Below are positions 47,360 through 57,928 of a stretch of 64,000 nt of DNA, one piece after another (the stretch's first letter is position 1; each line of letters begins with the position of its first letter). The position numbers and the translations under genes are program-made. The DNA is from Candidatus Thorarchaeota archaeon (GTDB lineage Archaea; Asgardarchaeota; Thorarchaeia; Thorarchaeales; Thorarchaeaceae): assembly GCA_963726195.1 (NCBI GenBank), contig CAVSBO010000005.1, positions 96,001 through 160,000 of the forward strand, read 5' to 3'. The notes below the pieces were generated by a model. The model was not told the origin of the DNA, did not search any database, and saw only the letters and a program-made list of their open reading frames with translations.

Positions 47360-48370
47360 CTAGGAGCGGGCGTTGGTACCATACCATCTCTTGAGAACCC
47401 TAGCTGCTCTCAAGGTCACCCATTTTGATGGCTGGCCCTTTTCTTCAATGTTACATAACATCTTGCCGTTGTACGTGTTCTTCAACAGCCACCGACCATC
47501 TGGTCTTCGCGTCTGTTCAACCAGCTCAATCGCGTCTTTCATTCTTGCATCATGAATCCCCAGACTTGTGAGCACGTCAAGAACCTCAAGCGCGTCTGAC
47601 TGATAGAAGAGGGGAAAGCCAAATCGCTTCCAGCCCTCCTTGTCCTTGCGCTCGCCCTTCGGCCCGCGGAGATACTTGTAGACCCGGTTGGTGAGAATGG
47701 ATTCCGTCTCCTCCTGAATGATCTTGCGGACTTCCTGTGACCTCTTGCTAGTGGGGATTATGGACAGAGCTTTGAGAACTTTGACAGCCCCCATGTAGCA
47801 GTTGACGGGGAACACTTCTGCCCTGTGAATGGGATAGCTCCGACAGGGCCAGCCGTAATCCTTGCTGGAGTGATCTGCAACAAGGAAGTCAATTAGCTTC
47901 TTGGTCCGAGCGTCGTCCAAGTAACCAAAGTGTATCAAATAGTACAGAATGTTTCCGTCGAAACAGCATGCATCTGTGACAGTGCTCGCCTTTCCTTTCT
48001 CCGACTTCGGTGCGTTGTGCCAGAAGTGACCTGAGTCGCGCTGAAACGAATACATGAACTCGATGGCTTTACGGATGGCAGGCGTCGAGTCCGCACCAAG
48101 TTCGGCAAGAATGAGGAGATCATGCGTTGTGGCCGTGTACTTAGGTAGGTACATACTATCCTTCTTGCCCCAATATCCCTCGGGCTTCTGAGCTTCCATA
48201 ATTGCTTTGACACAAGGTGACTGCATGAGGGCTCGTCGCGCCGCACCGACTTCCGGGTCCGATTGGTTCTTGTCCTTCAGATGTTGAAGTGCCCAGAACC
48301 TGACACTGGGGTCATCTTCAGCCAATAGCCAGTCAATGACTTCCCTGTTAGGTTCTTTCTCTGGATTCAT
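47360..48370 (-). CDS. Prenyltransferase/squalene-cyclase-repeat (alpha/alpha toroid) protein
   Basis: QW-like repeats QKPEGYW, QRDSGHF, RRPDGRW; FGFPLFYQSD; PSKWVTLRA. Confidence 0.7.
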   Translation of the reverse strand: MNPEKEPNREVIDWLLAEDDPSVRFWALQHLKDKNQSDPEVGAARRALMQSPCVKAIMEAQKPEGYWGKKDSMYLPKYTATTHDLLILAELGADSTPAIRKAIEFMYSFQRDSGHFWHNAPKSEKGKASTVTDACCFDGNILYYLIHFGYLDDARTKKLIDFLVADHSSKDYGWPCRSYPIHRAEVFPVNCYMGAVKVLKALSIIPTSKRSQEVRKIIQEETESILTNRVYKYLRGPKGERKDKEGWKRFGFPLFYQSDALEVLDVLTSLGIHDARMKDAIELVEQTRRPDGRWLLKNTYNGKMLCNIEEKGQPSKWVTLRAARVLKRWYGTNARS

Positions 48371-48535
48371 GTGAATTCATCTCCATCCTGTGACACAGGC
48401 GAAGGGTCTTGGTTTTCCTTGTTGCCCTGCATCGCGTCTTTACACCACCGACGTTTGGCCTAGGCCCGGATTGAACCATCCTGAGCCTGGGCCTGTAATC
48501 GGAAGTTGGCCATATCGCTATGAATGTCATTGAGA

Positions 48536-49852
48536 CTACAGTTCGAACCCTGTCTTGGCGCCGCCCCAAGTCTCCATTGCGACTCTCAGTTCTTCGTGGT
48601 CGGTTGCGTACTGGCTGACTGGTATGCCTTGCATCTTTGCGTCAATCGCTTGTCTGAATGCAGTCGCACCAGCACGGGGTCCCATGGGATGAGCATGGAT
48701 TCCTCCGCCAGAGCCAATCACGATGTCTGGTCCGAGATCGTTCATGACCTCCTCTACCATGCCGGGCGATATGCCGCCGCTCGGCATTGGAGCTGTCTGG
48801 TCGATGTGAAGCAAGGGCATGACCATTTCGTGTGCCATTCCGAGGTATCTTTCCTTAAGCACAGGAGCTTTGCCATAAGGGCAAGGGAAGACAGTTATGT
48901 CCGCGCCGCAGATTCTCGGCAGCTTTCCAGTCACCAAGTTCGAAGATATCCCTGTTATCGGCGATTCGTAGAATGCACCTGTAATGTCCATGTGTGCTAG
49001 AACGGGGACCTTGACAGATGGATCTTCACAGATGTGCTGGAAGACAGAATATCCTACAGCAAGAAAATTCACCATGAGCGCATTCGCGCCCCATTCTTGT
49101 GCCTTCTCTGCGTTCTCAAAGACCTTGGGCACACTGTCTGTTATGTTCGCAGTATAGAGCGTCTTCTCTCCCTTCTCTGAATCGGCCCTGTCGGCGGCTT
49201 CCATGAAGAGAGGAACGCGTTCAGCCAGAGTGTTGAAATCAGGATTGGCAAGCAACTCATCATCCTTGATTATGTCTGCTCCGCCCACCGCTGCGCCGTA
49301 GAAGAGGCCTGCCCCCATTTTTGCTGAAGTGTAGACACAAGGTTTGATCATGTTGTTCAGCCACGGTCTGTCTTTCACTCCAGTGAGTTTCCTCAGACCC
49401 TTGATGCCGAACTTTGGGCCTTTGAATCCTTTCAACCAGCTCTTGGGGAAACGAAGATCCAGGCACTTGATTCTGCCTCCAAGGGAAATGTTGCCTATTA
49501 CAGTGCTGAGCAACATGGGAATCTGCTGACCGAAGTTCTCCCAAGGGAAAGCTACTTGTATGACGTACTCCCGTCGCTCGATATCCTTTGGGATGCTGTA
49601 TTCGTGATAAGGAACTTCATAGACCCCAATGACCTTGGCGATATGTCTCTTGCGGACTTCCACCGTTTCGCCCGGCACGGGTGTCCAAGTTCCGGTACTC
49701 TGTTCAATTGCCGCCGCCTGAGCAAGCTCTCTCGCGTCGAGCATGGGCGGAAGGCCGATGTAATAGGTTCCTATCACATATTTCTCAATGTCAATGCCGT
49801 CAGGCAATGCATCAGGCAATGCGTCAAGCGGTATCCTTTCCATTCTTATCAA
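48536..49852 (-). CDS. RuBisCO-like protein (form IV)
   Basis: EQSTGTW, GPKFGI, GADIIKDDE, PSGG, GGGIHAHPMG; IKPC instead of KPK. Confidence 0.9.
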   Translation of the reverse strand: MIRMERIPLDALPDALPDGIDIEKYVIGTYYIGLPPMLDARELAQAAAIEQSTGTWTPVPGETVEVRKRHIAKVIGVYEVPYHEYSIPKDIERREYVIQVAFPWENFGQQIPMLLSTVIGNISLGGRIKCLDLRFPKSWLKGFKGPKFGIKGLRKLTGVKDRPWLNNMIKPCVYTSAKMGAGLFYGAAVGGADIIKDDELLANPDFNTLAERVPLFMEAADRADSEKGEKTLYTANITDSVPKVFENAEKAQEWGANALMVNFLAVGYSVFQHICEDPSVKVPVLAHMDITGAFYESPITGISSNLVTGKLPRICGADITVFPCPYGKAPVLKERYLGMAHEMVMPLLHIDQTAPMPSGGISPGMVEEVMNDLGPDIVIGSGGGIHAHPMGPRAGATAFRQAIDAKMQGIPVSQYATDHEELRVAMETWGGAKTGFEL

Positions 49853-49968
49853 ACCTGTATAGCCATAGAAAGGACGGTCTTATTTTCTTTTGGAACGGCA
49901 TGGTCTCATTGGCATTCTTTATCTAGGATGGAAATCGTTATGGCATAACAACATCCGGACAGTGCAGT

Positions 49969-51567
49969 ATGATGATTCCAATAGCAGATGTCGCAGAGAA
50001 GGCTGGTATACCCCTTGAGTTCCTTGAACCATATGGCAAGTACATGGCGAAGATAGACCTTGGAATCAGGAAGGAACTCGGTGAACGGAAGGGGAAGCTC
50101 ATTCTCGTGACAGCCACGAACCCTACTCCCGCCGGAGAGGGGAAGACCACGAATTCCATTGGACTTTCCATGTCTCTCAATTCCCAGGGCTACAAGGCGG
50201 TCGTGACCCTGAGAGAACCCTCACTAGGCCCTGTGTTCGGTGTCAAGGGAGGCGCTGCAGGTGGTGGCAAGTCTCAAGTGCTGCCATTCGAGAAGATCAA
50301 TCTGCTGTTCACTGCAGACTTCCCTGCTGTCTCTGCTGCTCACAATCTGCTCTCTGCAATGATTGACAATCACATCCACCAAGGCAACCAACTGGACATT
50401 GATTCGCGAAGAGTCCACTGGCCAAGGACAATTGACATGAATGACAGAGCATTGAGGAAAGTTACCGTGGGGCTTGGTGGAAAAGCAAATGGTTTCCCAC
50501 GTGAGGATACATTCGTCATTACTGCAGCATCCGAAATCATGGCGATTCTTGGACTGTCTACGGACTATGACGACCTGAAAGCGCGCCTTGGACGAGTGCT
50601 CGTCGGACGAACGATGAAGCTCGATGAGGTTCACGCGAGTGACCTCAAGGCAGAGGGTGCAATGAGTGTTCTCCTACGGGATGCGCTGATGCCCAATCTC
50701 GTTCAGACATCTGAGGGTACTCCTGCGTTGATACATTCAGGTCCATTTGCTAACATTGCTCATGGCACGAATTCCATCACTGCTATCGACCTTGCTCTGA
50801 GGTTGTTTGACCACGTAGTCGTTGAGGCTGGCTTCGGTGCTGACTTGGGCGCGGAGAAGTTCATCAACATAGTCACTAGAATCGGCGGTTTCAAGGTTGA
50901 TGCAGTTGTTGTGGTCACATCAATCCGTGCACTGATGGGTCACGGAGGTGGCGTCCTTGAGAAGGGATTTGGAAACTTGGAGAAGCACATGGAGAACGTG
51001 AAAGCCTTTGGCCTGCCAGCTGTTATTGCGCTCAATAGATTCCCTGATGACACCGCAGACCAGATATCCGCACTGAAAGCGTTCTGCACGAAGCGTGGTT
51101 GGAGAATGGAGGTCTCAGAGGTCTATGCCAAGGGAAGCGAGGGCGGCAAGGATTTGGCCAAGGCGGTAGTCGATACTCTCACCCAGAAGAGCAAGATTGC
51201 CTATACCTACGAACTCGAAGATGACCTGAAGACTAAGATCAGCAAGGTCGCAACGAAGATCTACGGTGCAAGAGGAGTCGTGTATTCCGAAGACGCTGAC
51301 TCTGACATCAAGTCGCTGGAGAAGCGCGGATATGGAAAGCTGCCCGTGTGCATTGCGAAGACTCAGTTCAGTCTCTCTGATAACCCCAAGCTTCTAGGCC
51401 GACCGACAGGATTTGACGTGTCCGTCAGAGGAGTCGATGTGAGTGCTGGAGCGGGTTTTGTTGTTGTCTATATGGGCGACATAATGCTCATGCCCGGTTT
51501 GCCCAAGGAACCCGCAGCGGTCAACATGGGGTTGGACGAGAACGCCAATATCTACGGCGTATTCTAG
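49969..51567 (+). CDS. fhs: Formate--tetrahydrofolate ligase
   Basis: PTPAGEGKTT, KGGAAGGG, GPFANIAHG, EAGFGADLG, MPGLP. Confidence 0.95.
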   Translation: MMIPIADVAEKAGIPLEFLEPYGKYMAKIDLGIRKELGERKGKLILVTATNPTPAGEGKTTNSIGLSMSLNSQGYKAVVTLREPSLGPVFGVKGGAAGGGKSQVLPFEKINLLFTADFPAVSAAHNLLSAMIDNHIHQGNQLDIDSRRVHWPRTIDMNDRALRKVTVGLGGKANGFPREDTFVITAASEIMAILGLSTDYDDLKARLGRVLVGRTMKLDEVHASDLKAEGAMSVLLRDALMPNLVQTSEGTPALIHSGPFANIAHGTNSITAIDLALRLFDHVVVEAGFGADLGAEKFINIVTRIGGFKVDAVVVVTSIRALMGHGGGVLEKGFGNLEKHMENVKAFGLPAVIALNRFPDDTADQISALKAFCTKRGWRMEVSEVYAKGSEGGKDLAKAVVDTLTQKSKIAYTYELEDDLKTKISKVATKIYGARGVVYSEDADSDIKSLEKRGYGKLPVCIAKTQFSLSDNPKLLGRPTGFDVSVRGVDVSAGAGFVVVYMGDIMLMPGLPKEPAAVNMGLDENANIYGVF

Positions 51568-51578
51568 GTGATGTATTC

Positions 51579-52514
51579 ATGACTACTATCGAGGCTACTG
51601 CGGAGACTTTCTGTGAAGACAAAGTTGTCAGCGGCAAAAAGCTGGCAGCACAGATAGAAGACGAAATCGCACGCGAGGTCACTCGTTATACCGAGATGTA
51701 TCAACTCCCCCCCAAACTTGTCACCATCCAAGTTGGCGAAGACCCCGGCTCAACAATGTACGTTCGCATGAAGCACAAGGCATGCCAACGTGTCGGTATC
51801 GCTTCGGGGCAGTTCAACCTCCCCGAGAATAGTACGGAGGAGGATTTGATTGAGGTCATACGCTCTCTGAACCGTGACACGACGGTCCATGGTATACTGG
51901 TTCAACTTCCTCTGCCCAAGCACATGAGCGAGGAACGAATTATCAGCGCAATCGAGCCCACGAAGGATGTGGATGGGTTCTCACCAACAAACATCTACCG
52001 TCTCTTCTATGGCAGTGAGCTGCTCAGTGCTGCCACTCCCCAAGGCATCGTGACGATTCTTGATCATCTCTGCAGTTCACTACAGGGGAAGCACGCCGTG
52101 GTTGTTAACAGGTCGACGATTGTTGGAAAGCCCCTGATACTGATGTTACTGAACCGTGATCTTACTGTGACAGTCTGTCACTCGAAGACGATAGATCTCC
52201 CCTCGTTCACAAGGCAAGCTGACATTCTCATAACCGCTATCGGTCGTCGCAAGTCGAAAGAGGACGCGTACTTGATTACTGCCGACATGGTGAAGGAGGG
52301 CGCGATTGTGATTGATGTGGCTACTCCAAATGGCGATTGCGATTTCGAGGCCATGAAAGACAAGGTGTCGTTCATAACGCCCGTTCCCGGGGGCGTGGGT
52401 CCCATGACCATTACGATGCTGCTGAAGAACGTCCTTTCAGCCTACGCATACGAAAGGGCGGCAACGAATGTCTTGACTAGTGACGCAATCGACTTGGGAA
52501 CGTACGCCAGCTAA
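51579..52514 (+). CDS. folD: Methylene-THF dehydrogenase/cyclohydrolase
   Basis: YVRMK, GILVQLPLP, KDVDG, TPVPGGVGPMT. Confidence 0.95.
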   Translation: MTTIEATAETFCEDKVVSGKKLAAQIEDEIAREVTRYTEMYQLPPKLVTIQVGEDPGSTMYVRMKHKACQRVGIASGQFNLPENSTEEDLIEVIRSLNRDTTVHGILVQLPLPKHMSEERIISAIEPTKDVDGFSPTNIYRLFYGSELLSAATPQGIVTILDHLCSSLQGKHAVVVNRSTIVGKPLILMLLNRDLTVTVCHSKTIDLPSFTRQADILITAIGRRKSKEDAYLITADMVKEGAIVIDVATPNGDCDFEAMKDKVSFITPVPGGVGPMTITMLLKNVLSAYAYERAATNVLTSDAIDLGTYAS

Positions 52515-52578
52515 GTCATCAGTACTTCGCAGGAGCCTGCCCAAACCTTTTTTGCCGGTTTCCCCAGCCTCCGCATCG

Positions 52579-54162
52579 GTGACAATCGCGAAGATTGTAG
52601 AGTGCGTGCCAAACTTTAGTGAAGGCAGACGAAAGGAGATTATCGACGCTCTGGCTGAAGCGATGCGCAGTGTCGAGGGCGTAAGGCTTCTGGATGTTGA
52701 GTACGACCAGGACCACAATCGGTCCGTCTACACTCTGATCGGCGAGCCGCAGAAAGTCAAGCAAGCTGTCTTGAAAGCATCGCAGCTTGCAGTTCAGAAG
52801 ATAGATCTCAACAAGCACAAGGGTGCCCATCCGAGAATGGGAGCGGTCGACGTTGTTCCCTTCATACCGCTTCACGGTGTCACAATTGGGGAATGCATAG
52901 AGCTTTCCAAGGAATTCGCTGAGGAGTTCTCGAAGGCCTGCAATGTTCCGGTGTATTTGTACGCGAAGTCTGCTACGAGACCGGACCGTGTTGACTTGCC
53001 CAATGTCAGAGAAGGCGAGTTCGAGGGACTGAGGAAACTGATTGGCACTGATCCTACGAAAGACCCTGACTATGGACCAAAGAAGATCCATCCGACGGCT
53101 GGTTGTACTGCATCAGGTGCGCGCAACTTCCTAATCGCGTTCAATGCCAACTTGAACACAACAGATCTGAGAGTCGCCAAGGCATGTGCAGATGCAGTCA
53201 AGGCTAGCGCAGGCGGGTTCGTTTATGTCCAAGCAATGGGCCTCGATTTGCCCAAGAAGGGCATGACCCAGATTTCGATGAACCTTACGAATCCACGACT
53301 TACGAAGATGCATCAAGCAATAGAGGTAGTGCGCATGGAGGCACGCCGCCACGGTGCTACCGTCGTCGAAACAGAGATTGTCGGAATGGTGCCGCTATTC
53401 GCGCTCATTGATGCACTAAGGTACTACTTCCAAGTTGAGAAGCTTGACGAGTCGATGATTCTCGATCTCTATTATCTGGCCGGGGCTGAGGAACCGACCA
53501 AGAAGACCTTCACAGAGATGTCGCTCATAGAATTCGGTGACGAAGTCAGACGTGCAAGCGCGACCCCGGGCGGGGGCAGTGTTGCAGCCGTGATGGGGTC
53601 CTATGGAGCGGGTCTCGTTTGCATGGTAAGTGGCCTATCATTATCAGGTCGCAAGTTTGCAGCCGTTCACGACGAGATGATTGACCTAAGACACGCTGCA
53701 GAAACGGAGCGCGGGGTACTGATGGATCTCGTAGAAAAGGATTCGGCCGCGTTCGAGGATGTCTTGTCTGCCTTCAGGCTCCCTGAAACAACTGAAGCAG
53801 ACAAGAAGACAAAGGCTGACAAGGTCGAGGCAGCTACAAAGCACGCCTCGGAGATACCACTGCAGACCATGCAGCATTCATTCAAGGCTCTTGAACGTGC
53901 GAAGGTAGTTGCAGAGAAAGGGAATGCAAATGCGATCACCGATGCTGGTGTCGCGGCCATCGCTCTCTCTGGAGCCATAGAGGGTGCGGCACTAAACGTG
54001 CGCATAAATCTTGGAAACATCCACGACAAGGCGTTCGTAAAGAAGATGAGCGATGAGGTCGAGAGACTGACGACAGATGGTCGAGAGCTCAAGGAAGAGA
54101 TACTTGAGATAGTGACTACTCGAATGAAGGAACTGTCATCTCAACAAGCCCCTACTTCCTAG
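52579..54162 (+). CDS. ftcD: Glutamate formiminotransferase-cyclodeaminase (bifunctional)
   Basis: ECVPNFSEGR, DHNRSV, HPRMGAVDV, TPGGGSVAA, LNVRINL; start inferred. Confidence 0.92.
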   Translation: MTIAKIVECVPNFSEGRRKEIIDALAEAMRSVEGVRLLDVEYDQDHNRSVYTLIGEPQKVKQAVLKASQLAVQKIDLNKHKGAHPRMGAVDVVPFIPLHGVTIGECIELSKEFAEEFSKACNVPVYLYAKSATRPDRVDLPNVREGEFEGLRKLIGTDPTKDPDYGPKKIHPTAGCTASGARNFLIAFNANLNTTDLRVAKACADAVKASAGGFVYVQAMGLDLPKKGMTQISMNLTNPRLTKMHQAIEVVRMEARRHGATVVETEIVGMVPLFALIDALRYYFQVEKLDESMILDLYYLAGAEEPTKKTFTEMSLIEFGDEVRRASATPGGGSVAAVMGSYGAGLVCMVSGLSLSGRKFAAVHDEMIDLRHAAETERGVLMDLVEKDSAAFEDVLSAFRLPETTEADKKTKADKVEAATKHASEIPLQTMQHSFKALERAKVVAEKGNANAITDAGVAAIALSGAIEGAALNVRINLGNIHDKAFVKKMSDEVERLTTDGRELKEEILEIVTTRMKELSSQQAPTS

Positions 54163-54218
54163 TGGTCATCACTGTGGCTGACCGGCCAGTCCTTATTTAC
54201 TAGGATGTTCCACGTGCC

Positions 54219-55316
54219 CTACTTAGGACCTAGTGCAAGCTTGATTGCTGTCTCGAAGTCTTCAGGAGTGACTCCCGGCGAATCGATTCCCACGTCTTCG
54301 TAAGCTTTCCTCAATCGGTCAATGATGTCGTTGCCAGTCGTTCTGGCTCCCAGCAGCGCATGCTCAATAGCTGCAATCGAACCAGAAGGCACTAGGAAGA
54401 AATCGCCGCTGACAACTATGTCTCGAATCGTTTCTTCGGTTTCTTCGACTGTCACCCTAATCAGACCTCCGGGCGCCTTGTGGTTCGCGGTCCCGACAGC
54501 GGATGTTGCTGATATCTTCACAGTCGTTGCGTCCGCTAAGGCTCTGTCGCCATGCCAGTGTAGCCACTCATCGGACAAGTACTTGGACCGCAGCTTGGCC
54601 ATCCGTTTCTTCTCCCATGCTGACAGACTACCCTTTTTCAGCTCGATGCCAAGTGTTGCCTCATAGAGCCGCAAGAGGTCTTTCTTAACTTCGTTCCTGT
54701 CAGGCAAGCTGCCCTTTTCAAGAAGGATCGTCGTGAGCCTTTCTCTGAGGCTCTTGGCTACCTTGTCCCGGAACTTCTCGTCGGGAACTTTGAGAACCCT
54801 TACCATCATATCGAAATTGAAATCGAAGATTAGGTTGCCCGTTAGAATTCTCGCGTCACCGACATCGCCTGCTCCATTGCCCGAGATCTTCTTCCCGCCC
54901 ACCTGAATGTCATTGACGGGTTTGTACTCGGCGTCAATGCCCAAGTTTCTATAGGCCTGCACAGGAGCTATAAGGAACTTGCGATAGTACGCATCAATAC
55001 TTCTTGGGGTTGTGGGACTGTCTATCCTGCCAATGAGCTGATAGAACATCTGTCCATCATCGAGATAGACCCCGCCTCCACCAATCACTCTACGTGTCAC
55101 AGTGATTTTGTTCGAGTGGCAGAATGCCAAGTCCACATCCTTGTCCGCCTCTTGGAAATACCCCAGACAAACGATAGGCTTCGCCGGCCAGCATATGATA
55201 AGAGTGTTGTCGGCTTTCTTCTCAGTAATCGCTTGAGCGACAACGTCGTATATGATCTGGGTATCTAATGGATCCAGAGGGCCGAGATCCAGCATTCTCC
55301 ACTCTTCTAGGGCCAT
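54219..55316 (-). CDS. lplA: Lipoate-protein ligase A
   Basis: RRVIGGGGVYLD, NDI...KKISG, C-terminal KAPGGLIRV domain. Confidence 0.87.
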   Translation of the reverse strand: MALEEWRMLDLGPLDPLDTQIIYDVVAQAITEKKADNTLIICWPAKPIVCLGYFQEADKDVDLAFCHSNKITVTRRVIGGGGVYLDDGQMFYQLIGRIDSPTTPRSIDAYYRKFLIAPVQAYRNLGIDAEYKPVNDIQVGGKKISGNGAGDVGDARILTGNLIFDFNFDMMVRVLKVPDEKFRDKVAKSLRERLTTILLEKGSLPDRNEVKKDLLRLYEATLGIELKKGSLSAWEKKRMAKLRSKYLSDEWLHWHGDRALADATTVKISATSAVGTANHKAPGGLIRVTVEETEETIRDIVVSGDFFLVPSGSIAAIEHALLGARTTGNDIIDRLRKAYEDVGIDSPGVTPEDFETAIKLALGPK

Positions 55317-55420
55317 AGGTCACGCTGAAAAACAGGGGCTAATAATCCCAACGTCTGAGGAAACTCTCTCTCTTATGCTAACCATTAAAAGCTGTGTCAT
55401 TTGAGTCAGGCACGATTGAG

Positions 55421-56194
55421 ATGATTGAGGCAGTCGGTCTGACCAAGACATTCAGTGAGTTCACAGCTGTGAAAGACCTGTCATTCAAGGTTGAAACTGG
55501 GGAAATCTACGGCCTCTTGGGTCCGAACGGCTCAGGAAAATCGACCACGATGAAGATGCTTCTCGGCTTGTTGAGACCCACATCCGGCACTGCACTCATA
55601 GCTGACCACGACATCACAAAGGAGATTGTCGCTGCGAAGCGTATCATGGGCTACGTTCCTGAAGAGCCGGTCTTACCAGAGCGACTGACTGGCTGGGAAT
55701 ATGTGAACTATGTCGCCGACATTTGGCGTATGCCGCGCGGCTCTCAACGCCAGCAGGATATAGAGGAATTGCTGGCGCTGCTTGACATTCGTGATGCCAG
55801 CAACGATCTCATTGAGACATACTCAAAGGGCATGGCACGCAAGATTAGCCTTGTTGCGGCTTTGGTCCATAGACCCAGGATTCTCATCCTTGATGAATTG
55901 CAGGCGGGAATAGACCCGAGAGGTGCCGCAACGATAAAGGAGATTCTGAATGGACTTCGGTCTCAGGGTGCGACCATTCTGATGAGCACACACATACTTG
56001 AGATTGCCGAGCAGATGTGTAATCGTATCGGCATAATAAGGGATGGGAGCATGATAGCCGAAGGAACAATGGACGAGCTCCGGATGATGGCCAGGGGTCA
56101 GAGCAGCTTGGAGGAGATATTCCTAAGCCTGACCGGTGGACCCGATATGCAACTGATTACACAGTATCTGAAAGGATCCGGTGACTCAACTTGA
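55421..56194 (+). CDS. ABC transporter ATP-binding protein
   Basis: GPNGSGKST, YSKGM, ILDE, STH. Confidence 0.92.
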   Translation: MIEAVGLTKTFSEFTAVKDLSFKVETGEIYGLLGPNGSGKSTTMKMLLGLLRPTSGTALIADHDITKEIVAAKRIMGYVPEEPVLPERLTGWEYVNYVADIWRMPRGSQRQQDIEELLALLDIRDASNDLIETYSKGMARKISLVAALVHRPRILILDELQAGIDPRGAATIKEILNGLRSQGATILMSTHILEIAEQMCNRIGIIRDGSMIAEGTMDELRMMARGQSSLEEIFLSLTGGPDMQLITQYLKGSGDST

Positions 56195-57900
56195 CATCGG
56201 ATCTACTGGTATTGCTGAGACAGGACTTGAAACAGAACTTCCGTCTCTCGTCAGTCAAGGGTAGTCGCAGTGAGAAGAGGAGTTCCTTTAGGCGCATGCT
56301 CCCTGTCATTGCTCTTGTGACGGTCGCGGCGGCAATCATCTACGTTATCGCCCTTGCAGGTCCGCTCATATGGACGTATGTCGAAGGAGCTGTCATAAGC
56401 GATCCCGGTCTTGGAGCCACAATTTTCAATGCGATTGCTTTGTTTGCCTTCTTGAGCTCAATGATGGTATCCGCGACCACGGTTGGAAATAGCTCTAAGA
56501 TGGAATACCTACTTGTGATGCCTGTTTCAATGCGTACAATATTCCTTGAGAAGACAGTCTTGGTCATCTTCTCCAATTGCATCTTATGGCTAACAATAGG
56601 GGTGCCCATCTTTGTGGGCTTCTCGTTCGTGTCGACAGCAAGGTTCGCCTTGCTCTCAGCGCCGGTGTTCGTCGGGCTGGCGCTGATGCTAGTCTGTTTG
56701 GGGGTGTCCTTGGGAGGTCTGGTTGGTCTCGTCTTCACGCGGTTGTTGGCTGGCAGGCGGGCACTCAAGCAGGTTGGATATTTCGTGCTATCTGGTGGGG
56801 CGATAATCTTCAGTGCCTTTTGGTACTACTCCATCTATTTCGGGGATTCAGGCGTACCCCTCTTCGGATGGCTAGTGACCTTTGCTAGGAATATTGGCTT
56901 CTCGTCAGGTATCAGTCCAGGCTATGCTGCCAGCGTGATTTCGTTGGGGCTTCTTGTTGGCCTTCCGTTCCGGGTTCAGGATTTGTTGCTCGCGCTCGTT
57001 TTCGTGTTGATTTCTTTGGTCCTGCTCGATGCCAACTCGATTCTGAGCGAAAGAGCGCATTACAGCGGTTGGTTGGCCATCGGGTCTAAAAGAAGCTCAA
57101 AGAAGTTCATCCCGATTGTTCACGCTCCGTGGACTCCGAAGTCAATCCCGCTAGTGAGGTCCAACACTACTATCAGCGTATCCATTTGGTACAACATCAC
57201 ATCGATACGTCGGGAAGCGCGTGTATTCTCTCAATACCTGCTCGGCCCTATCAGATTGGTCATATGGATTCTTCTCCCAGCGTTTGCAGTTGGCCAAGAG
57301 ACGACGGTCTTTACCCCATACTTGCTTGTTCTTGCCCTGATTCCTTTCGCTACCCAGTATGGCCTGTATTTTGCGGGATATGAGATCGTTTACGAAGGCA
57401 AGAATCTGATGAACCTGCAACTGGCTGCTGCAAACATGGAGGATTATGTCAAGGGCAAGGTATACAGTGCTGTACCCTTCACCCTTGCAGCCAGCATCGT
57501 ATTCTCGGTTGTGATTGCTTTTCTTTCGCCACCGATGCTCATCTATCTGCCTGCAATCGTAATCAGTGCTCTCTTCCTCACTCTCGCATCTGGTGCGGTC
57601 GCGGCGAATGCCGCCGCCATAGGAGGCGATTTCAAAGCAGCACGGATGATACTCAGACAGAGGGGTTCGGCCGTTCAGATGCCGATCAGGGGATGGTCAA
57701 TGGTGCGAGCTGGACTCTTGCCCTATATTCTTGGGTATGGCGGCGTGTTCTTGATGTTGGCGTTAGGGACGTTCTTCAATCCTTTGTACTCTTACTTGGC
57801 GCTTCCTGTGTTCTCGGTCGTCTGTCTGCAGGTCCTGAGGTCATATGCACATGGGGCTGGAGTGAAGCTGGCACAGATTGAGGCGACGAAGTACCTGTGA
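56191..57900 (+). CDS. ABC exporter permease
   Basis: About 12-13 TM helices, coupled to the ATPase gene. Confidence 0.8.
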   Translation: MTSDLLVLLRQDLKQNFRLSSVKGSRSEKRSSFRRMLPVIALVTVAAAIIYVIALAGPLIWTYVEGAVISDPGLGATIFNAIALFAFLSSMMVSATTVGNSSKMEYLLVMPVSMRTIFLEKTVLVIFSNCILWLTIGVPIFVGFSFVSTARFALLSAPVFVGLALMLVCLGVSLGGLVGLVFTRLLAGRRALKQVGYFVLSGGAIIFSAFWYYSIYFGDSGVPLFGWLVTFARNIGFSSGISPGYAASVISLGLLVGLPFRVQDLLLALVFVLISLVLLDANSILSERAHYSGWLAIGSKRSSKKFIPIVHAPWTPKSIPLVRSNTTISVSIWYNITSIRREARVFSQYLLGPIRLVIWILLPAFAVGQETTVFTPYLLVLALIPFATQYGLYFAGYEIVYEGKNLMNLQLAAANMEDYVKGKVYSAVPFTLAASIVFSVVIAFLSPPMLIYLPAIVISALFLTLASGAVAANAAAIGGDFKAARMILRQRGSAVQMPIRGWSMVRAGLLPYILGYGGVFLMLALGTFFNPLYSYLALPVFSVVCLQVLRSYAHGAGVKLAQIEATKYL

Positions 57901-57928
57901 ATCATGAGTACATGCAAGCTTCTTCAAT

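Noticed and set aside
47360-48370. Rab prenyltransferase or squalene-hopene cyclase
   Set aside because: The nearby GTPase has no C-terminal Cys, no DxDD motif is visible, and the protein is a single domain
48380-48530. Possible structured RNA between RLP and the downstream gene
   Set aside because: Only a weak imperfect stem; no tRNA, riboswitch or SECIS pattern I can support
49799-49826. 12-bp tandem repeat near the RLP start
   Set aside because: About two copies encoding DALPDALPD; too short to interpret
48536-49852. Carboxylating RuBisCO indicating autotrophy
   Set aside because: Key form I-III active-site residues are substituted; consistent with form IV
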